Below, one piece after another: positions 1-8,736 of a stretch of DNA of 64,000 bases. Positions within the stretch are counted from its first letter, which is position 1, and every line of letters starts with the position of its first letter. Below the pieces are notes generated by a model, which ran no database searches, was not told the origin of the DNA, and was given only the letters and a program-made list of their open reading frames with translations. A program made the position numbers and the translations under genes. Source of the DNA: Bacteroidota bacterium (GTDB taxonomy: Bacteria > Bacteroidota > Bacteroidia > UKL13-3); NCBI GenBank assembly GCA_046309355.1, contig JBKCPL010000062.1, positions 778 through 64,777 on the forward strand, given 5' to 3'.

Positions 1-647
1 GGGCAAGCATTTAAAAAGGCGGGATAAAAATGGATGGCAGCTACTGTGAGCGGAAGTAGCTTTTATACAATACTGGTTGTAATTGTTTTTCATACACGTT
101 TATGTTATGCTTAGTACCTGTTTATTTATTTTTTATCACTCGCTACTTAGTCTGCACTTTTCTGCCCAAAACCGGCATCAAACTGCCGGATATTAAAAGA
201 ATAATTGCTGTGACTTTATAGTTAATATGATGCATAAATTATTTAATTAAAGTACTCGAACATAAGAGATTATTGTAGTAAAAAAACATATTAAAATTAC
301 ATTATAAAAATGTGACTATTTTGGGACAATATTAAAGCCTCTGGATGCAGGTCAATTGCGTCTTAATACTGTATACGCTATTGCTTGTTTGCTAAAATAT
401 CAATTGAAAACCCATGTGTTCATTGTATGGGTTGCACAAGTCTGTTTCGCATGGAATAATAACCGTAGCCGAAGCAGTCGAGATTTTTTTTGAATACACG
501 TAGATAAGATGATTAATAACACGGTGTAAATTTTTGCCGTGCATGTTGTTAATCAAATAGCCATACATGTATACACACCAGAAGGGATGTAGTGGGTTAA
601 ATTAATATCGGTTTGTATAAATAAAATAATGTACCGATATTTGTGGG

Positions 648-1616
648 ATGGATTGGAAACATATAGAGTTAGATGGAACTGTGCAGCCCCTTCTGGCACG
701 CATTGATGCCAAGCGAAACCGCCTTGCGCAAGCCAGGCCTATATCGGGGGCTGCGCTACAACGCATTAAAAGTGAGTCGGCACTGGAATGGACTTACAAC
801 AGCAATGGCATTGAAGGCAATACCCTTACCCTGCAAGAAACCCGTTTGGTGCTGCAAGATGGCATTACTGTAAAAGGCAAATCCCTGCACGAGCATTTTG
901 AAGCCGTTAATCACCAGGAAGCCATTGAATACATAGAATTGATAGCCAAGCCTACCTATCAACTTACAGAGTATGATATCTTACATACACACGCCTTGGT
1001 GTTGGATAAAATTGAAAAAGATTTTGCGGGGCGTTTTAGAAACAGCGGTGTACGCATCACAGGTGCCAATTTTACACCACCCAATGCACGTAAGGTATAT
1101 GACTATGTGCATGAGTTGATGGAATGGGTTAATGAGGGGTCTGCTGATTTGCATCCTATCATCAGGGCTACGGTATTTCATCACCGCTTTGTATGGATAC
1201 ATCCGTTTTTTGATGGCAATGGGCGCACTGTGCGCTTATTGTTCAATTTATTGTTGATGAAACACGGATATCCGCCTGCAATCATTCTGCGCAGCGACCG
1301 AAAAAAATATTACAACGCACTCAATATGGCCAATGAAGGGCGCTATGATAAATTAGTGCTGTTGGTATGCCAAGCTGTGGAGCGTGGTTTGGATATTTAT
1401 TTAAGCAACCTGGATGATTACGCAGATGAATACAAGCCCATTAGCCAGATTGTAGAAGAAACACAAGCACCCTACGGGCAGGAGTATTTAAGTTTGCTGG
1501 CACGCAGGGGCGCTATAGATGCATACAAGGAAGGTAATGTATGGTATACACGGCAGCAATCTGTTACTGAATATATGACCAATCGTAAGCGAAAACGTAA
1601 GGTAGCCACATCGTAA
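648..1616 (+). CDS. Fic/DOC family protein, class II (N-terminal inhibitory helix)
   Basis: 322-aa ORF starting at ATG 648. It carries the canonical Fic active-site motif HPFFDGNGRTVR. Further N-terminal, SNGIEGN fits the [S/T]xxxE[G/N] auto-inhibition motif. Confidence 0.85.
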   Translation: MDWKHIELDGTVQPLLARIDAKRNRLAQARPISGAALQRIKSESALEWTYNSNGIEGNTLTLQETRLVLQDGITVKGKSLHEHFEAVNHQEAIEYIELIAKPTYQLTEYDILHTHALVLDKIEKDFAGRFRNSGVRITGANFTPPNARKVYDYVHELMEWVNEGSADLHPIIRATVFHHRFVWIHPFFDGNGRTVRLLFNLLLMKHGYPPAIILRSDRKKYYNALNMANEGRYDKLVLLVCQAVERGLDIYLSNLDDYADEYKPISQIVEETQAPYGQEYLSLLARRGAIDAYKEGNVWYTRQQSVTEYMTNRKRKRKVATS

Positions 1617-1633
1617 GGTGTGGTTATTTTGTT

Positions 1634-2203
1634 TTACAGGTGTACTAACTTAAAAGCTAGCTTTCGGGCAAATGTTTTATAGTACTCGCGTATGCGCTGG
1701 TCAACGGTGGCTATGTTTCGAAACTCCTGAAGCATATCAATAAGCAGTATATCAAATACGCAGCCTTCAATAAATTTTATTTCTTTGCCAAAACCACACA
1801 CGCACAGGGCATTTGTTTTCCTTAAAAACCGCTTGATATGCCTTAGGTCAACATTGAGTGTATGGCAGGTGCCAAAATGAATAATTTTATTGTGGCATTC
1901 AGGTCCCAGCATATCGGCCAGTTCATCCAGGGTTACTATTTCTTTTCCTACCAGTATTTGCTGTGGCTTGCCGTGAAACGCGATGTAGAGAATGCTGTAG
2001 TCTTTGTATTTTTTAAGGCTCCACTGATTGAGGTAATAAGCCAGATTTTCGCGTGTGCCGCAGTGGCGGTGTATGTAATTGATATCGCGGTTGCGTTTCA
2101 GAAACTGAAGCACCTCCAATACGGAGTTTTGTTCTTTCAAATCTTTACTCCAGTCGCCCTCCAGGCAAAACACTTCTTTAATATAGGTCTTGGCAAATTT
2201 CAC
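1634..2203 (-). CDS. hypothetical protein with conserved His/Cys pair (possible minimal caspase/CHAT-like fold)
   Basis: 189-aa ORF convergent on fic, separated from it by 17 bp. A hydrophobic strand plus HG (YIAFHGKP) and a later strand plus Cys (IIHFGTCHT) resemble a His/Cys catalytic dyad. No signal peptide. Confidence 0.4.
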   Translation of the reverse strand: MKFAKTYIKEVFCLEGDWSKDLKEQNSVLEVLQFLKRNRDINYIHRHCGTRENLAYYLNQWSLKKYKDYSILYIAFHGKPQQILVGKEIVTLDELADMLGPECHNKIIHFGTCHTLNVDLRHIKRFLRKTNALCVCGFGKEIKFIEGCVFDILLIDMLQEFRNIATVDQRIREYYKTFARKLAFKLVHL

Positions 2204-2252
2204 CTATACGAAGGTATTGAATATTGCCATACATAGTTAGCATTCAGGCAAA

Positions 2253-2285
2253 TAAAAAAGGATGACTGTGGTCATCCTTTTTTAT
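2253..2285. terminator. bidirectional intrinsic terminator
   Basis: AAAAAAGGATGACTGTGGTCATCCTTTTTTAT: a 9-bp stem flanked by an A-run and a T-run. Confidence 0.6.
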
Positions 2286-2302
2286 TTCGGTGTGCTATGG
2301 CC

Positions 2303-2713
2303 TTATTTGGCTTTGCGAAACAGGTAGCGGGTAATAAATATGCCGTTGCTAGTATTGCCGTTGCTTTGGCTGGTGCTTGAGCCTGTAGTTACCTGATACA
2401 GTTCCCAGCCATCGCTGCAGTATTCGTTTACTTTATCTACAATCAGTTTATCGTTGTTCGATATATTGCTAAAGTTGATACCTACCAGACTGTAAAAGTT
2501 CATCAGGTCTTTCTCAACCATTGTACCGCTTTTATCGGTTGAGAGTATACGCGAACGGCCCAGTCCGCCCGGAACGATGGATTCGACAGTAGAAAACTGT
2601 TTGTATTCGTAATTGGTTGCCGTATTTTTTTCGGCCGGTTTAAATGCCCAGATGGTAAAAAGGCATAAGGTGAAGGCGGCACCGAGTGCTGCATACATAA
2701 AGTTGGTTTTCAT
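2303..2713 (-). CDS. hypothetical N-terminally membrane-anchored protein
   Basis: 136-aa ORF with one N-terminal hydrophobic helix (AALGAAFTLCLFTIWAF). An intrinsic terminator follows at 2253-2285. Confidence 0.4.
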   Translation of the reverse strand: MKTNFMYAALGAAFTLCLFTIWAFKPAEKNTATNYEYKQFSTVESIVPGGLGRSRILSTDKSGTMVEKDLMNFYSLVGINFSNISNNDKLIVDKVNEYCSDGWELYQVTTGSSTSQSNGNTSNGIFITRYLFRKAK

Positions 2714-2755
2714 GTGATTTATTATTTAGTTTACACTACGAAATAATCATAAAAT

Positions 2756-3199
2756 ATGAAATTTACAGCATTCATTCTTTGTTTTACTTATGCATGCGCA
2801 GCCATAGCACAAAGTGAAGACTACATTAAACTGACCATAGGGGATGTAAAAATAACCGAGAACAACTCGGTAGCAGATGGAACAGGGGGCGTGGTGGATT
2901 TAAAAAATAAAAGTAAAACGCGTGATATTGAGCTATATCGTTCAGCCGGCCTAAGTATTTCAGCCAACATGAAAGTGTCTAGCAACAACTCCAGAAGAAG
3001 TTCAACCAAATCGGGATCCATTACCGTGGATGTGACATATAATACGGTATATGGCGATAAAAAAGACAAGCGCACTGCACAGTACGTATTTTATCTAGAT
3101 GACGAACGAAAGTTTACGGCCAAAGAACAATTTGTATTTAAAAACGGATTGAAGCCACGTCAAATTAAATTGTCGTACACCGGACAGTTTTCCGACTAA
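2756..3199 (+). CDS. hypothetical secreted protein
   Basis: 147-aa ORF with a signal peptide (MKFTAFILCFTYACAAIAQS). Confidence 0.45.
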   Translation: MKFTAFILCFTYACAAIAQSEDYIKLTIGDVKITENNSVADGTGGVVDLKNKSKTRDIELYRSAGLSISANMKVSSNNSRRSSTKSGSITVDVTYNTVYGDKKDKRTAQYVFYLDDERKFTAKEQFVFKNGLKPRQIKLSYTGQFSD

Positions 3200-3358
3200 C
3201 ATAAAAGTCGTTTACGGGCATGGTAGCTTTATCAAACAGGAGTACACACTGCTGTATAAGTTACAGGTACGTTAGACCGCGACAGTTATAAAATAAAAAA
3301 ATCATGGAGTATTGAGCCCCATGATGTGTACTGAAATGTATGCTGAATTAGTTAGGTA

Positions 3359-4459
3359 TTATCGCTTGGAGTTGTAGCCTAAAGAAATACCTACCCTAAA
3401 ACCTTCTTTGGTAGGAAAAGTGAACCACGCATTTATTGGTATATTTAATTTACCCGACTTAATGGTGCGGCCAAAAGCGAATACCAGGGCTGCTGTCAGT
3501 TCGCTAACTCCTCTGGAGTCAAGTTTTCGCGAAGTGGGAGTTCCTGGTGGTATCTTGTCTTTACCCTCTACTAATATACTGCCGTTTACATCTGCTACAC
3601 GAGCATAGCTTGCAAAACCGATGGCGGGCCCGAATGCAATTTCGAGTCCGTTTACATTATTCCTGAATCCGTTCATAAACGTAACACTGGGAATGATGGA
3701 ACCTTGTTCAAGCCCTGTTATCATTGGCAAAAATTCGAACAGCGCCTGAAACTTGCCTTCATTCAAGTATTGTACTTCGAACTGATATCCGAACTGAAAC
3801 ATGAATATACTTTTACCATATCCACCTTGACCGGTTGAACGGGAAATAACTTCGGCAGTTTCACCAAAAGGCAGGGTAAAACCAAGTCTGGGACCTTGCA
3901 AATTCAATCGGTTTATGGCTGGATTATTTACTGAACTTTCATAATCAAATTTCTTAGTCAGTTTAGTTACCAAATCTTCCGCATTGGAATATCCGAACAT
4001 TTTGCGTACCGATACCGAAACCATTTGCTGAATCTCTATGGGCAGGTTCAGAAATTCCATAACCGATGATTTAACTATCATATCTTTTTCTACATCAATC
4101 ATGCGCAGTGTTACAACAATGGTTTGCGTGTACTGTTCCACACTTCCGGTAAGCATATACTGTGCGCCAATGGCTGAACCTACCTGAACCAGACATGATT
4201 TACCGTAGCATCCTGCAATAACGAGTTGCTTTTTTTCAGCCAGAGCTATTACATCGTATTTATCTACCACACTGAATGTATCTAGCTTCTCTAGTTCCAT
4301 CCTCACCAAATTGCCCATTTGCTGCGGGTCGAGAGTCAGACCTTTGGTTTCAATATTTAATACCCCTACAACGGGTCTAGTTTTAGTTTGAGAAAATGCA
4401 AATTGTACCGTACATACAGCCAGTGTAAGTAACAAAATGATGTGGCGGATGGTTTTCAT
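3359..4459 (-). CDS. CsgG/LpoB-like N-terminal domain protein with C-terminal putative outer-membrane beta-barrel region
   Basis: The ORF was trimmed to the internal ATG at 4459 (MKTIRHIILLLTLAVCTVQFAFSQ signal peptide). Residues about 30-140 (VVGVLNIETKGLTLDPQQMGNLVRMELEKLDTFSVVDKYDVIALAEKKQL...GAQYMLTGSVEQY) follow the CsgG/DUF799 pattern. The C-terminal half is rich in alternating hydrophobic and Gly/aromatic beta-strand-like segments. Confidence 0.5.
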   Translation of the reverse strand: MKTIRHIILLLTLAVCTVQFAFSQTKTRPVVGVLNIETKGLTLDPQQMGNLVRMELEKLDTFSVVDKYDVIALAEKKQLVIAGCYGKSCLVQVGSAIGAQYMLTGSVEQYTQTIVVTLRMIDVEKDMIVKSSVMEFLNLPIEIQQMVSVSVRKMFGYSNAEDLVTKLTKKFDYESSVNNPAINRLNLQGPRLGFTLPFGETAEVISRSTGQGGYGKSIFMFQFGYQFEVQYLNEGKFQALFEFLPMITGLEQGSIIPSVTFMNGFRNNVNGLEIAFGPAIGFASYARVADVNGSILVEGKDKIPPGTPTSRKLDSRGVSELTAALVFAFGRTIKSGKLNIPINAWFTFPTKEGFRVGISLGYNSKR

Positions 4460-4665
4460 ATATTTATTATAATGTGTGAAACAAAATTCGAACTTCATGG
4501 CAAATGTACAAAACGAATTTGCGATGCAGGCACAAACAGGAATAAAAGATTCGTACAATTCTGTCTGAATTCATACCTATGTGAACCTGAAATTGGTAAA
4601 ATACAGTTCGATTAATCAAACATTTGCATATTTTGCAAAAGAAAGTTGACGTAATAACGCACACT

Positions 4666-5673
4666 ATGCCAAATAAAGTTAGCGAAAAATCAGATGAATT
4701 GCAGATTGGTTTTTTTAACCGAATCAAACAATGTTCTCCTGCCAACCTCTCGCTGGTAGATGAAATTGCAGAAGTGCTGAAGATAAGCAACGACAGTGCT
4801 TACCGCAGAATGCGTGGCGAAACACCGCTTACTATTGTAGAACTTGACACATTGTGTCGTCATTATAAGGTACCGTTCGATACGCAGGTACAGCACGATG
4901 TAGATACGGTGTCTTTCAGTTACCGAAGGCTGGAGGGCAAGGAAGAAAATTTTGCCGCCTGGCTGAATAACTTGAAAAATGATGTCGAAAAAATTGCCGG
5001 GGTAAAAAACAGCCGAATCATATATGCAGCAGATGATGTACCCATTTGGCATCATTTTATAGATGAAGAATTTATTGCCTTTAAGTTTTTTTACTGGCTC
5101 AAATGCATATTGAATGAAACACGCTATGTAAACAGCCGTTTCAATGTTTCGCTAATTGATCCGAGCCTGATACAGTCTGCGAAAGATTTGCTGAAAAATT
5201 ATAACCGCACAAATTCGGCTGAGATATGGACCGAAGACACCCTGAACAGTACACTTAAGCAAATTGAGTATTTCTGGGAATCGGATTTTTTTACCGGAAA
5301 GGAAGAAGCCTTACGCATGTGTACGTATGTAACACAGGTTTTGGAAAAACTTCAGTTGAAAGCTGAACGTAGCAGCAAACTGGATAATAGTGCCGATGAA
5401 AATTTTCAGTTGTATGTAAGCGATGTGATGGTAGGAAACAATACCATTTTGGTAAGTATTGGCGATACCAAAGTAGCCTATGTAAGCAACAATACATTTA
5501 ATTTTTTAAGCACGGGAAATGCTGCTTTTGTTGGCGAAAACGAAGTATGGCTGAACAATCTTCTTAAAAAATCATCGCTTATCAGCGGTGTATCGGAAAA
5601 ACAACGCAACCGTTACTTCCGCTTGCTGCACGGCAAAGTTGAACGTTTGCGCCTCGCTATTGAACAGGGTTAA
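4666..5673 (+). CDS. helix-turn-helix domain protein (putative transcriptional regulator)
   Basis: Start chosen at MPNKVSEK. The N-terminal HTH-like segment is SLVDEIAEVLKISNDSAYRRMRGETPLTIVEL. It is divergent from the CsgG-like gene. The rest has no recognisable domain. Confidence 0.5.
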   Translation: MPNKVSEKSDELQIGFFNRIKQCSPANLSLVDEIAEVLKISNDSAYRRMRGETPLTIVELDTLCRHYKVPFDTQVQHDVDTVSFSYRRLEGKEENFAAWLNNLKNDVEKIAGVKNSRIIYAADDVPIWHHFIDEEFIAFKFFYWLKCILNETRYVNSRFNVSLIDPSLIQSAKDLLKNYNRTNSAEIWTEDTLNSTLKQIEYFWESDFFTGKEEALRMCTYVTQVLEKLQLKAERSSKLDNSADENFQLYVSDVMVGNNTILVSIGDTKVAYVSNNTFNFLSTGNAAFVGENEVWLNNLLKKSSLISGVSEKQRNRYFRLLHGKVERLRLAIEQG

Positions 5674-5675
5674 GT

Positions 5676-6686
5676 TTATTTAATGCGCAGGTATTCGAAA
5701 CGCGGTGTGCCTTTAATACCCTGATCGTTGTAAAAATCAATAAATCGCATTTTGTAAATGGCTTGCTGTGCATTGTGTTCATGCACTACAAAATTGATAT
5801 AATTACGGGTGATGTACCTAACACCGGTTGATGTAAAATCAGGATACTTCCATTCAAATCCGATGGCATCGCGCCTGTTGCTGTAATGAAGCATTTGGGC
5901 AAATTCAGGTGTTAATGTTTCGAACTTTTGCGTACTGTCTACACCTACGGAAATGGCTGCTGTATTAATATGTACACCCACAACGGTATATAGCAGCGGA
6001 GGACTAAATTCGTAATAAATCCAGCGGTAGCGTGTAAAACAAAAGTGCCACTGTGAATAGTCGGGTTCAATAGGTACACATTTTCCACCTTGTGCGAAAC
6101 TAAAGTACACATTGAGTTTTTCTGAATCTTTATAGACTGTGTGTTCTTGTACAGAACTGCCGTCTAATTGGGCGGTGACAATCACGTAGCGTATTTCTGA
6201 AATTTCTTTCACATAAAACTGATAGTATCTTTCGGTAGCATCCACCGCAAAGCCTCTGTCTATAACATATACACTGTCGGTTTCTGTTTTTACTGATAGG
6301 TTATAACACCCGGCCAGTGCCAGAGAGTCATGCATGCCCGAGGCACCGTCCCATCGCCAGTTGAGGGGCTCCGTAGTTACACGTTCAAATTTGTTTTTTC
6401 CGGTGGCGGCAACCAGCACCCCTTTGCCTCCGTTCAGGCGTATCAGGCATCCATTCTTGTGTGCTTCCAGCTGAAGATCCCAATCATCGTTATCGGCTGT
6501 CCATTGCTGCCCGGTTTCCAGGTTCACAAATACCTGACGGTCGTAATTCTCGGTCATGTCGGCTGTGCCCAGTTGCACATTGTCGGACTTTGCCGGCAGT
6601 TTTACAGGCAGCTCATCTTTTTCGCATGAGCTGATGAACCCCATACATACAAGTAGACAAATATTAAAAAATGCACGATTCATCAT
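5676..6686 (-). CDS. surface lipoprotein, partner of the upstream TonB-dependent receptor (HmuY/BtuG-like role unproven)
   Basis: 336 aa with a lipoprotein signal (MMNRAFFNICLLVCMGFISSCEKD). It overlaps the TBDR stop by 4 bp (ATGA), which suggests an operon. Confidence 0.55.
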   Translation of the reverse strand: MMNRAFFNICLLVCMGFISSCEKDELPVKLPAKSDNVQLGTADMTENYDRQVFVNLETGQQWTADNDDWDLQLEAHKNGCLIRLNGGKGVLVAATGKNKFERVTTEPLNWRWDGASGMHDSLALAGCYNLSVKTETDSVYVIDRGFAVDATERYYQFYVKEISEIRYVIVTAQLDGSSVQEHTVYKDSEKLNVYFSFAQGGKCVPIEPDYSQWHFCFTRYRWIYYEFSPPLLYTVVGVHINTAAISVGVDSTQKFETLTPEFAQMLHYSNRRDAIGFEWKYPDFTSTGVRYITRNYINFVVHEHNAQQAIYKMRFIDFYNDQGIKGTPRFEYLRIK

Positions 6687-8671
6687 GAGTTCGTTTTATT
6701 CCGTTCAATGCGGTAATTAAGTTGTATAAAAATAGTTCGACCCATGCCTACCATCGCTGCATTTGATTGCGCTGCATGCACACCGGCTGCAATGTTGGCA
6801 TTTATATTGATTACGTTCAGCATATTTTTTAGCCCGGCAGTAAGGGTGAGCTTATTCTTGAAAAACGATTTGTTCATTGTTGCATCCAGCATGTGGTATG
6901 GGTCAATAAATCCGGTTGTTAGTTCATCACGTGTTAGTTCGTATTGCATAAGCTGCATGCGTCCGTTGTAGCGGTAAAACAGCGCAAAGGTAAATGCAGG
7001 TTTCAGGAAGGTGTAGTTGATATTGAACCGTGCTTCGTGGCTGAAGAAAAAGGTGTTGGCAGTTGCCGCACGAAGCAGTGAATTTTGTATACCGGTATAG
7101 GCATATCCTACTATAAACGTATAGCGCGGTGCGCGGTACTCGGTATTTAGGTTAAACCCGGCACTTTGGAAACGGCTGATGTTGAAATAGCGGGCTTCGA
7201 CCGTAGATGTGTTCAAGCGGGCCAGGTCAATTTTATCGCTTACATCGTTGTAAAACAACGAAGGCTCCACACGAAAAACACGTTCGAATTTACTCCACTC
7301 CAGGGTGACATTCAGCTGGTAGTTATCCTGCGTTTCGGCTTGTAAGTTCGGGTTACCTTGCACGTTGTGGCTGGGGTCAACAAAGTTCAGGTGCAACTCT
7401 TTTAGCGATGGGGCTCTGAAACCTTTGCCATACGATGCCCGCAACACGAGTATGGGGCTTACATCCCACTTAATGTTTAGCGAGGGAATAAGCGGTGCGT
7501 CAAACTGTGTGTTGTAAATAGCGCGAACACCCGGCCTGATTATTAGCTTAGGTAAGGCCCGCCACTCGGCTGATGCAAATAGGTTATAATCGGTTATGTA
7601 CTGACGGCCATCGCGAATGCGTGAACCGATAAATGTTTCGTGGTTTACTTCATACCCGGTTTGCCAGTTTAGTTTGGAATTTTCAGCACTTCGTGCAAGC
7701 GTGCCGCGGCTCATCCAATAATGTGTGGTAGCCGTATCATGCATATCGCTTTGCGGTATCAATTGTTCTTCCAGCGTTTCCAGGTTTTTGCGGTACGAGT
7801 TGCGCATACGGTTGTAATACGTGTAACTCACCACGGCATCTGCTGTGTAGTGGCGGCTAAGTTGCTTATTTACAAAAACGCTGTTTGTTTGGCGTGTGGT
7901 GTAGAAATACTGATCGTTGGCATACGCATACCACGGGGTAATATATCCCGAGTCGCGATTGGTTACTTTCTCGTAAAACAAAGACGATTGCAGTCGTATA
8001 CTTCCTTTGTCGAACTGACGCATAATTGCAATATCGCCAAAGTACTGCGTGCGTGGCTTCCACAACTGAAACCGTGAATCGGGATTGGTGTGGTACCCGT
8101 TAAAAAAATTACGGTTCAGGTTCATATCTACTGCCCAGTTGCGACTTGCTGCACGGGTAGCGATGCCTGCATTATACTGACCTATCGATTCGGCATACAC
8201 ATGTAGTCGGGTTGAGTATCCGGCTTTGGTTTGTTTTTTTGTAATCAGGTTAATGACACCGCCCAACGCATCTGTGCCGAAATTTACACTCATGGGGCCT
8301 TCCACAACTTCAATGCGTTCTATATTAGCTAGGTTAAGCTGAGCCAAATCAATATTCCCTCCTTCGCGTCCGGCAACAGGTACGCCATCTATCATTATTT
8401 TAACATTTTGGCCCGATAGTCCCTGAATGCTCATGCTGCTTCCCAGTGCAGGGTCGTTGGCTATGCGCACATTCAATTCATTTGCAATTACATCTTTTAC
8501 ATTTACTGCACCCTGAAGCTGAATGCGTTTTTCATCCAACACTTTTACTTTATACACAGAACGGGTTAGGCTGCTTTGCCCATACTGGCCGGTGATAACA
8601 ACTTCTCTCAATCTGTTTTCGGAACGCAATGTATCCGATTGGCCAACTGCCACAGACGAAACAAGCACCAT
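6683..8671 (-). CDS. TonB-dependent receptor (small, BtuB/HmuR-size)
   Basis: A 662-aa plug domain (VITGQYGQS...IERIEVVEGPMSVNFGTDALGGVINLITK) is followed by beta-barrel repeats. The ATG at 8671 gives a poor signal peptide. The frame stays open upstream, so the true start is probably a non-ATG codon further upstream. Confidence 0.85.
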   Translation of the reverse strand: MVLVSSVAVGQSDTLRSENRLREVVITGQYGQSSLTRSVYKVKVLDEKRIQLQGAVNVKDVIANELNVRIANDPALGSSMSIQGLSGQNVKIMIDGVPVAGREGGNIDLAQLNLANIERIEVVEGPMSVNFGTDALGGVINLITKKQTKAGYSTRLHVYAESIGQYNAGIATRAASRNWAVDMNLNRNFFNGYHTNPDSRFQLWKPRTQYFGDIAIMRQFDKGSIRLQSSLFYEKVTNRDSGYITPWYAYANDQYFYTTRQTNSVFVNKQLSRHYTADAVVSYTYYNRMRNSYRKNLETLEEQLIPQSDMHDTATTHYWMSRGTLARSAENSKLNWQTGYEVNHETFIGSRIRDGRQYITDYNLFASAEWRALPKLIIRPGVRAIYNTQFDAPLIPSLNIKWDVSPILVLRASYGKGFRAPSLKELHLNFVDPSHNVQGNPNLQAETQDNYQLNVTLEWSKFERVFRVEPSLFYNDVSDKIDLARLNTSTVEARYFNISRFQSAGFNLNTEYRAPRYTFIVGYAYTGIQNSLLRAATANTFFFSHEARFNINYTFLKPAFTFALFYRYNGRMQLMQYELTRDELTTGFIDPYHMLDATMNKSFFKNKLTLTAGLKNMLNVININANIAAGVHAAQSNAAMVGMGRTIFIQLNYRIERNKTNS

Positions 8672-8736
8672 AAGTATATAGGTGCTTGCTGTGTAAACTG
8701 CTGTATGAAAAATGGAACGCTGCAGAACTTTTCTGA

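Noticed and set aside
1634-2203. The 189-aa gene as the antitoxin or immunity partner of Fic.
   Set aside because: It is convergent and separately transcribed. Fic already carries its own inhibitory helix (class II), so no antitoxin is expected. There is no Phd/YhfG-like features.
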